Shown: piece after piece, positions 54,613-64,000 of the stretch | Layout: each line of letters opens with the position of its first letter | Position numbering within the stretch: position 1 is the stretch's first letter | NCBI GenBank assembly: GCA_951406725.2 | Contig: OX597816.1 | Coordinates: forward strand, 155,000,001 to 155,064,000 | DNA length: 64,000 nt | Reading direction: 5' to 3' | Source of the DNA: Octopus vulgaris | Taxonomy: Eukaryota | Made by a program: the position numbers and the translations under genes | The notes under the pieces: generated by a model | The model's database searches: none | What the model was told of the DNA's origin: nothing | The model's input: the letters and a program-made list of their open reading frames with translations, nothing else

Positions 54613-55495
54613 ATAATAATATTTCAGAAAATCAGTAAAGATAATTAAACGAAATGAATAAAATCTGGGAACTAATATTTTATTTTCTATTTTGCAAAAA
54701 ATACGAGATATAATTCCGGACATGATTTTGCTCAACAGAGCATTCTAAGTGATATTTGTATTAAGCAAATCTTAAAATTAGCGAACGAAATGCTATGTAA
54801 ATAGACAGAAATGAAAATTTGTTGGTATGGAAAATATAAAAAAATGAATTGTTTAAAAATTAAGCACAATTTTCATGTATTTTTCTCTAAAACTGCAATA
54901 AAACAACTAACAAATTGTAGCTGGCGCATAATATTTAATGTAAAAAGTGTGCGTGCCTGCTAGCAAGCTGTTCAAAAGCTAGTTTTCAATGCGCTATTGG
55001 TCCTTATAAATTTGTCATTCGCAGATTACTCTTATCACTCAATGGTAAAGTTTTCTTCATTTCATATATATTCCATATCATGGAAGAATTCAAAGACACA
55101 ATCATTGAAAACGCGGGTGCTTTTCATTAATCCACGCATATGAACACATAATAGAAAATCTTTGAAGAGAGGGAAAATTATTAGAATGTGAAAAGGAGGC
55201 AAGAATTTTTGGCGAACTGTCTTTCAGTTTGTGGTTCGCTCTTGAGAGATGTATTTAACTTCCTACCCCAGACCATTACATAAAATATTCATCTGTTATA
55301 TTGCAGCCGGAACATGTTTAAGCGATCTGATACAGAGAAGGATGGTGTCTACAAATATACAAATTAGGCTATATTTACCGAACTTACATAAAAATATCTG
55401 GAAATACTAAACAGTAAATTTATTCTAAAAAATCGCCATTGGCTTCAACCACGGCCTACAGACGACTTCGGAATCTCCTGGAACTCTTCTAGACG

Positions 55496-55830
55496 TAGAA
55501 ATTCTCCCACATTTTCCGGCGGAGAGATAATAAAGAATCGAATCTTGCTGCGACGCATATGGTCTTCCAGAAACAATCCTCTCCAGCCAGGGATTGAGTC
55601 TAATCGCTGGAAGCTTCATATAGCCTTCTGATTTGTGCCTAGGGCTCTGTCTCTGTTTATAGATGTGGAAACGAACTCTTGCGTGCGGACGCAGTCAGAA
55701 CGCTTGCTGTGTCCTTTTCTACTGACCACGACTTCGTAGTCTCTGTTTACAGCGTTGACAGAACATTGAGCAGCTGTCATAATGCCTGCATTTTGATACC
55801 CTGCATGAATAAGCATGACATATGTAATTC
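55496..55830 (-). pseudogene. Related DD37D-like transposase relic (different subfamily)
   Basis: RKGHSKRSDCVRTQEFV and PWLERIVSGRPYASQQDS. Confidence 0.6.
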
Positions 55831-56048
55831 TTTTCCAATATTCAGATGGCTTCTAATGCTCCATGTCAGCTAACCTTTTCTGAGCTACAACTATAGTGTT
55901 TATGCTTTCCAGAATACATGATTGTTCAATAATACATCACGCTCTTCCTGTAAAAATAAGACCAAATATCGTAAAATTTAGCCTTAGAGACAGAGAGTGT
56001 GTGTGTGTTAGAAGTGGTTTACAGATAAGTATTCTCTCAATATATGTA

Positions 56049-56116
<68 letters not shown>

Positions 56117-56126
56117 TATGTGTGTA

Positions 56127-56411
56127 GAGGCACAATGGCCTAGTGGTTAGGACAGCGGACTCGCGGTCGTAGGATCGCAGTTTCGATTCCCAGACCGGGC
56201 GTTGTGAGTGTTTATTGAGCGAAAACACCTAAAAGCTCCACGAGGCTCCGGCAGGGGGGTGGGGTGATCCCTACTGTACTCTTTCACCACTCTTTCTTTC
56301 ACTCTGTTGGCCTGCTCGCTTAGCCAGCGGGGTGGCGTCATTCGAAGGCTAAAAAACAATGCGAACGCATTGTGACCAGCGATGTGTAAAACATCTGATG
56401 GTCTGGTCGGT

Positions 56412-56418
<7 letters not shown>
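56127..56418 (+). mobile_element. tRNA-derived SINE family C with RTE-derived tail, between (TG)n and (TA)n
   Basis: A box TGGCCTAGTGG, B box GTTTCGATTCC; 3' end TGTGACCAGCGATGT...CTGATGGTCTGGTCGGTCACGTGAT. Confidence 0.85.
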
Positions 56419-56463
<45 letters not shown>

Positions 56464-57497
56464 AAGGAAAATGATGTATCATTCCTTCCAGAAAACGAAC
56501 TGTATGTCTGCTGTAAACCGTAAAGCATTGCTAACCATTACACGAAGGGGAGGACGGAAAATGTATTTCACTATTTTTTTAAGCACTAATTTAGCGAGAT
56601 TAAAAACAATCAACCAACATTTGGTGAATAATTTGATTTGTGTTTGTTGTCAGTTCAAAGGCTACCATTTATAAATATTCACCCAAGAAAGTCAATGCAA
56701 TATAACAACTATAGCATCACAAATATTGCACCATGCTTTGCGAAAGTTTGACATTTGTAAATAATTAATTAATTTCAAGTTATCATTAACAATATTTGTA
56801 TTTGCAAATAAATTCAAGGCCGGATATTGAAAATATTTAATAAAACATAATAATACACAGTTGTCCTTGTTTGACAAGTAACTTGAAATAACAATTGGTA
56901 GTTCAATTTATTAGAAGTTTTGTTTTCTAATCTCTCAGTGACTCCAATTTTATAGAAGTAGCACACATTTAACGATTCGATTGTTACATCAGGGGTGATC
57001 TACTGATAAATCTAAGTAATTATTTCGATGTTTTACTAATCGAGGTATCCTAATTTAATACGGAGTACTTAATGCTTGTGAAAATGAATATCGCATGGGG
57101 GATTATGGTTTCGATTTCTTGACCCGGTGGTGGGTTGACTTGAGAAAAACACTTCATTTCACGTGGCTCCAGTTCATTCAGCTGTAAATGAGTAATCCTC
57201 CACGCACAAGTGTCTCAGTCAGAGATATGTTTGACCTCGGTCACTTGTATGCCATCGAAATCGGGTACTCAGCTTTAAGAGTCTTTGGGCTCGAGACAAT
57301 AATATCCAGGGTACTTATTTTATATGTTTCTTAGTGTTAATCTTGCTAATATTTTCTGTGGCAGATGGACAATTTCCTTGAAATTTAACTAAGTAAAATG
57401 AATTTCATCAGAGACACCTCTATGCCACGATACTAAGTCATCGTACAGTCCTTTCAGCAATTTTCACTCCAGTGCTGAATACGAGAGCAAAACAATG

Positions 57498-57922
57498 ATT
57501 TCAAATTTTGGCACAATGCCAGCAATTTCGAGAGAGGTGAAAGTCGATTAAATCGGCCCCACTGCTCATCTGGTACTCATTGTATCGCCCCCGAAAGGAT
57601 GAAAATCAAAGTCGACATTGGTGGAATTTCAACTCAGAACGCCAGAGCAAAATAATGAAAGGAGTTTATGAACATGACCACGAAATTGTCAAAAACCTGT
57701 TCAGATGAAAATGCTTTACTAATTTAAAACTTCTTTCTACAATAGGAACAAAGCATAAAATTTTGGTGGGAGGAGGATAAGCGATAATATCAACGTCGGT
57801 GTGCTACTCGTAGGATGACATCCAATGTTGACTTTGGTGATATTTGAGCAACTAGAACGTAAAGCTGGAAGAAATGCCGCCATTTTTGTCTGGCACCGTA
57901 ACGATTCTGCCAGGTCACCGTC
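57498..57922 (-). mobile_element. Two decayed SINE family B copies in tandem
   Basis: CCGAAAGGATGAAAATCAAAGTCGAC...AACTCAGAACG (57500-57641) and a more decayed copy (57730-57922). Further decayed copies at ~61360-61570, 62415-62620 and 62750-62900. Confidence 0.65.
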
Positions 57923-58249
57923 TTTTCGGATTTAAAAATTAATAGATTACCCATGACCCTTTGTATCAGTGACGGTTCAAGTTATAAAACTTTGAAGCTG
58001 ACTGGAACATTGCATTGGAATCAAAGTTATGGTGACTCAGTTAAATATTTCAATTCGTTCGTGATATCATAGATCTGGTTTACAAATTCATGTTTAAGGT
58101 TTTATTGATTTTGTACATTATTTAATAGAAATAGAGCTTCCGGGATAAACTTGAACTCCAGTAAGAATATCCGCACACTTCTGCAAAAATGTAAAAGGAA
58201 TTGTTATATAACGTAAACATAAAATTAATGGAAACAATCTTCACATTAT

Positions 58250-58770
58250 TATATATTCCCATTTCAGGGTTATGTTACTTTCGGAGTATTTTCCCATTAT
58301 GCACCATTTTGGCTACTTATGAAGGTATCCCCCACCAAAAACAAAAAAGAACAAGCAAAATTCGCGTATCTCGAGAATCCGTGGTCCAATTTACGCGAAA
58401 TTTGTTTTATTCCGTTTGTTTTCACATCTCAGAGGTACCTTACTTTCAGAGTATTTTCCTATAATGCGCCGGTTTGGCTGTATTAAATTATAGGCAAGCA
58501 CGAACGCAAGTAAGCACGCGAGCAAGCAATCACAGATTTTTTTAAAGTTGTACCCCACAAAACCGTGTATCTCAGGAATCCGTGGTCCGATTTACGCGAA
58601 ACTTGTTTATTCCGTTTGTATTCACATTTCAGGGGTGCCTTGCGTTCAGAGTATTTTCCCATTATGCGCCGGTTTGGCTGTATTAAATTACAAACTAGCA
58701 TGCGAGAAAGCAAGCACGCAAGCAAACACACGAGGAAGCAAGCAATCACTGAGTTTTAGTAATATATATA
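58250..58770 (-). repeat. ~200-bp tandem units (2.5 copies) with (GCAA)-type microsatellite; Helitron/HINE-like
   Basis: CGT(G)TATCTC..GAATCCGTGGTCC.ATTTACGCGAAA...GAGTATTTTCC.AT.ATGCGCCGGTTTGGCTGTATTAAATTA repeats at ~58365 and ~58564; partial unit at ~58255. Confidence 0.7.
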
Positions 58771-59184
58771 TATATATAAAGCGATGCAAATTACAATATT
58801 CTGCAGAAACAGTATTTAAATGTGTGCTTTTCCACATTTTCATCTTTAAAGTACATATTTACTATTGAAGACAGAACTATTTTAACGTTGATATTTTTAT
58901 CATCTATCTACGCTCTGCAACGTTTCTTTTGCGATTGGATGTACATCAGACAAACAGACAACTATACTGCTGACTGTCCGACCAGGCAGTGGATTATTCA
59001 TCGCTCAACATTTCCGATCCGACAACAACTCAGTATCTCTCGGTCTTCAATTTCGTTCCTAAACCGGATATTGAAACTTCCGTTTCTAAAATCTTATAAA
59101 CGTGACGGGTTAAATTCTTACACTCAATTTCTTTAATCCCATTCCCACTCATCATCTAACTGCATCAGACTTACACGCCTTTCC

Positions 59185-59240
<56 letters not shown>

Positions 59241-59242
<2 letters not shown>

Positions 59243-59545
59243 AGGCACATGGCCTAGTGGTTAGAGCAGCGGACTCGCGGTCGAGGGATCACGGGTTCGA
59301 ATCTCAGACCGTGCGATGTGTGTGTTTATGAGCAACACACCTAAGTTCCACGCGGCCCCGGCAAAAGGAAATAGTGAACTTCTGCTAACACTTTTGCCAC
59401 AACTTTTTCTCACTGTTTCCTCCTGCATCTTGCAGCTCACTTGCGACGGACCGGCGTCCCGTACAGGTGGGGAACCTATACGCTAAGGAAACCGGGAAAC
59501 TGGCTCTTATGAGCCAGGCATGGCTCGAGAAGGAACAATAAAAAT
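59241..59545 (+). mobile_element. SINE with the family C head but a different body/tail, inserted after (TG)n
   Basis: GGAGGCACATGGCCTAGTGGTTAGAGCAGCGGACTCGCGGTCG head shared with 56127; 3' part TTGCGACGGACCGGCGTCCCGTACAGG...GGAAACCGGGAAACTGG...GGCTCGAGAAGGAAC. Confidence 0.8.
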
Positions 59546-59630
59546 ATATATGCTCACATATGTATGTGTGTAAAGTAGGTGTATGATTGAATATGTATGT
59601 ATCAGTATATCTTTCTATCTTTATGTATAT

Positions 59631-59714
<84 letters not shown>

Positions 59715-59864
59715 ACACACATTATATCTCACACAAAAGTGGGGCGCTACTAAGTCTTTGTTTCGACATGTGGTCTGTATGTCTAGATGTGCCGATGACT
59801 GTAATTAAAGTCTTGACGATAAGTATGTAGTTACGCAGTTAACAACTCCGTATATTGATATAAA

Positions 59865-59897
<33 letters not shown>

Positions 59898-60336
59898 CCT
59901 GTGACTGCTACTTGTAATGTAGCATGAAGATTTGACTATCGTGAATGTTTACGTCGTATTGACAACTGTTTTATGTTTTGACGTAATATTGATTGCTAAA
60001 TGGAACGTAATTTTCATTCTGAAACTTTCATTAACTCCCCTAATTGATCCCGATAAAATATTCTAGGCACGAACTAAGAGATGGCTGTTGACGCTCTACA
60101 TGTAATTTAGACTGTTGTATTTGTTAGCTATTCTTATGAATTATTCTTCAGGTTCTTTAAGCTTCCTCTGTCTTTCTGATGCAAAAATAGGACGGTAATG
60201 GACTTCTTGTTAGCTGTTCTGAGTATTTCTGTTCCTAAGTTGCATACACGTACATATATACATACATACATACGCTCGCTTGTACAAACACATACGCACG
60301 CATGCGCAAACACACACACATGATATATAAGTGTGC

Positions 60337-60370
<34 letters not shown>

Positions 60371-60431
60371 CAATTGGCTGCAATCGGTTTACGTTTAACC
60401 ACACTGCTCTAAGATCCTTTCTCCTCCAGTA

Positions 60432-60512
<81 letters not shown>

Positions 60513-60513
60513 G

Positions 60514-60548
<35 letters not shown>

Positions 60549-60829
60549 CTGTCTGTCTCTCTATCTATCTGTCTGCATATATACACGCTCACACATGTAT
60601 ACTCATATTATTCGTACCAATCATTTTATTTATGGCTATATATGTTAAGCTGAAAGAATGTACATAAAATAATTTATGGGTGTTTGTGTTTCGTATTAAA
60701 TTAAGTCTTTCTATTGCTGAAGATTTGTGTAGATATGCTAGTATTTTTGTACTTGCGCTATCTGAAATCAGTAGGTAGAGAAGTAGAAGTTCTTCATTTT
60801 GTTATATATTTGTTTGCATTAATCTAAAG

Positions 60830-61148
60830 CAGTGATTCTCAATCGGGGTCCATATCGATCCGTATAAGATTTTGGGGTTCCACAGAGCAAAATAGTGAAT
60901 TGGAGATCCACAGTAGTTGTTTAAGAGCTTTCGGTGTATGTACTAGTATATATTGCAAGAAACAGCTAGGTTTCTTTCTCTAACATTTTACATAGTTCAA
61001 ACTGCATAAGTTAATATGTGAAAAACAAAAGAGGAATTTTGAAAGAAGTTTCTATAAAACTAGCTTAAATATGGAATGATTATGGGATCCACCTGAATAA
61101 AATTGTAATCAAAGGGGTTCATACTTAAAACATGTTTGAGAAACCCTG
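60830..61148. mobile_element. hAT (Charlie-like) MITE with 8-bp TSD
   Basis: TIRs CAGTGATTCTCAA / TTGAGAAACCCTG; TSD ATCTAAAG / ACCTAAAG (NTCTAGAN-like). Confidence 0.85.
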
Positions 61149-63857
61149 ACCTAAAGCAATGTTTAGGTTTGTTTGTGAGCATACGTATGAGCATGTCTGT
61201 GTGTATGAAGTATGTTAAAACAAAGTGTGTACCAAAGATTTTTCTGTGTGTTTGTGTTAGTAGATCATGAGTATGTTTTGATTAATGCTTTGTGTAGAGT
61301 AATATTATTGTGTATGAATCTGTATGCGTTTTAGTTTATGTTTAAAGTATTAATGTATAAGCTCACGATGGTGAATTGGCAAAATCGCTGTTGCGTCCTT
61401 ACTTGCGTATTTATTCCGACTCTTTACTTTCTGAATTCAAATGTCACTAACGCCAACTTCAACTTTCATTCCCCATTAGATCAACTAAATAACGTGCTAC
61501 TCAAGTATTAGAATCGATGTAACCGAATAACATTTGCATTTGTAGCCTGGTGACTATTTCGAAAACAATTATGCGTGTGAGAGTTATTTGTTAGTATAAA
61601 ATAGTTGAGAAAAATAAAACGCATTTATTTTAAGGAAGTATACACTCGATCATATAATTTCTATGCTTGGAATCTAATATATGTTCATGGTAGAAACAAC
61701 GTAAAATGTCTCATTTTCCCCCTTTGTATTACGCTTTTAGCTGTCAAAAATAATCTGCATAAGAATGGTTTTAATAGGCATCATTCAGAAGATTTCATGA
61801 TAAAACGTATTTAATCTTATTTTCTTCAAGGTGAACATTTGTTTTCATTCTTCGTTTTGTTTATTTTACTTTGAGACTGTTGACTTGAAAGATTAATGTG
61901 TAGAAGGGAACACGAGTGTAGTAGAACAATATTATCACTGAAATAAACAGATTCCATGCCGATCTAACAAGAAAGTATTTGTGCGGTCACTCTGCTTGCT
62001 AGAAATTTTACAAAAATTCCCTTGAAATCATCGAATTAACTGAAAAAACAAAAAAAACCATCTCCTTACCCCTAAAAAAGAAAAAAGAAAAGTATATATT
62101 AGATAATGTAGACCGAAACACACTCCTAAAATACATCATAGCTAGAATATCTTTAACCACAGATATAAACAACAATATCAATAACAGCAAAAGAATAACA
62201 TTTCATGTTTAGAAATTATTTTCTCAGAATCAGAAGGATGGAAAGTAAATACCATCTATGTTGGATTTCAACTGAGAATTGTGTTGTGCGATTCAATGCC
62301 CGAAAACCATCCAGAATAGAATAGTTTAAATTAAGGGAACTATCCTATTAATTTAAGATGAGAAAGCATGAATTTACTATCGGTAACGAAATTTCTTAGC
62401 AAATATATATTGATTTCAAACTTTAGCATAAGGCCAAGTTCGAGAGATTAAGTCGATTATGTCGACTCCTGTGCTCAACTGGTACTTATTTAATCGACTT
62501 CAAAAGAAACAAAAGTAAAGTTGACCTCGATATGATATAAACTCAGAAAATAAAGACGGACGAAATGGTGCCAAGCATTTCTCCTGCTCTGCTAACGATT
62601 CTGTCAGTTCGCTGACTTAAAGCAAATAAATACCGAAAAGCATTAACTTGGTGCTTAAATGTTTTGGCGGCTATCGGGCTAAAAGTATTGTTTCTAATCA
62701 ATGCAGAAATATTTGAGCGAAATATTGTGCAAATTTAGGCGAGCAGTTTTTTTTTGTGGTGGGGTTATTGGACACAGTCCACTCAATACTTAACTGGTAC
62801 TTTACTTAACGACTCCAGGAGGGGGTTAAACAAAATCAACCTCGGCGAAAATAAACTCCACATCGTAAAGAACTAAAAGAAATACCACAAGGTATTTTCC
62901 CGACGCTCTGAAAGTAATTTTCAGTTGCATACATGTAATTTGTATTTTGCTAATGTACATTTTTGTTTTCATGTAATTTTCCGGTAAATGCCGTGAGTTA
63001 TAGAAGTTAATTTCAAGTTCCAAAGTTTTCAGAACTTGTTTTGCTCACTACGACATTTTAAAGAGATTTAGTTTATGAGATTTGGATTTTCCCATTAAAT
63101 TAATGAAACGCTAATTAGTCATTAAGAATTTGCGTTATTCGTAATTTATTATGGACTAAACATCGGCAAAGTACTTGATTACAGCTAGGGGTAACTGAAA
63201 TTTAGCTAACAGAAATTTAGGAATCATAACCATGCACATTATACAATATAGAGTAATGGGCCGATAGACTATCGTCTAAGTTAATATGATGGCCAGCTTG
63301 ATAGACTTCGGTAGAAGCAACCGATATTTCGATAGCACATATATTATTACTAATACTGTATCGTATTTGTGCTTCCATACGCTTAACTCACAAGAGCTAA
63401 GTCTACTTATTTCTAACTTATCCGCCACGTAGTAATTTTTGTATGTAGAATGTCAAATAGCTTGGCATTTGGCACGAACGCAAATACAGTGTCACAGATA
63501 TGATATTCTCCAACCAAGCTGGAGGATGCTCAACAGAGTTGTAATGTATAACATTCTAGAGCAGTAGATCTCAATATTTTTGACTTCTCAGAGTGCTAGA
63601 TATTAAATGAAAATATACTTTTCGTACGTCACACGGAATGTTAACAAAAACAGCCGTTTTGAAATTTTAAAACAATCATAAAATGAAAGAACAAACAATA
63701 TATATATAATAAACAACCACTCATGGGAAAGAACGTGGCCTACTGGTTAGGGATGCCGTGCTTACGATTATAAGGGCGTCAGTTCGATTACTGGAAGTCA
63801 GGTTTCTTTTGTCCTTGAGTTAAGACAACAGTTCCTACAATCAACTAGAATGAATAC

Positions 63858-63960
63858 CTGCCGGGTGATGGTGCGGCCTTCTGTATCTGTAGCTGTCATA
63901 ACATGGATGTTCGACTTGGTCGAGTGAGAGAGAGATGTGAATCTCTGACACCATATGAAT
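63858..63960 (-). CDS. Candidate 103-nt internal host-gene exon (product unknown)
   Basis: Minus strand: polypyrimidine acceptor TTTCCTAATTGTTTCAG| and donor CAG|GTATTC; non-repetitive, GC-richer; two frames open (FIWCQRFTSLSHSTKSNIHVMTATDTEGRTITRQ or IHMVSEIHISLSLDQVEHPCYDSYRYRRPHHHPA). Confidence 0.45.
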
Positions 63961-64000
63961 CTGAAACAATTAGGAAAGGTATTGAACATTCTACCAAGTC

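Noticed and set aside
56127-56195. tRNA gene candidates (also 353, 36283, 59241, 63730)
   Set aside because: A/B boxes are present, but the cloverleaf is incomplete and each continues into a SINE body.
63554-63580. hAT-like left end TTCTAGAG|CAGTAGATCTCAA
   Set aside because: No matching right TIR or TSD found.

Overview
AT-rich eukaryotic (animal) genomic DNA that is almost entirely intronic/intergenic. It is saturated with microsatellites ((TA)n, (CA)n, (TATC)n, (TAA)n) and transposable-element relics. The SINE families and microsatellite density point to an octopus/coleoid cephalopod genome (inference). Recognisable content: a 5'-truncated but nearly open CR1/L2-group LINE ORF2 (8563-11295, minus); RTE and L1/Tx1-like LINE fragments that both show 5'-inverted (twin-priming) architecture; Penelope-like GIY-YIG relics; Tc1, mariner and DD37D (maT) transposase pseudogenes; hAT and pogo-like MITEs; non-autonomous Helitrons; at least three tRNA-derived SINE families; several long fold-back palindromes; and one candidate 103-nt host exon near the right edge. 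Best leads: (1) minimal type-I hammerhead-ribozyme motifs with non-canonical cores, one (U3:A8) present twice in a near-perfect 400-bp head-to-head palindrome and one (U6) in a (TA)n-flanked repeat family; (2) an L1/Tx1-like element apparently targeted to (TATC)n; (3) three SINE/LINE 3'-tail partnerships visible within the window. There is no CRISPR array, rRNA or bona fide tRNA, and most short ORFs in the track are microsatellite translations. All calls were made by eye, without database searches.
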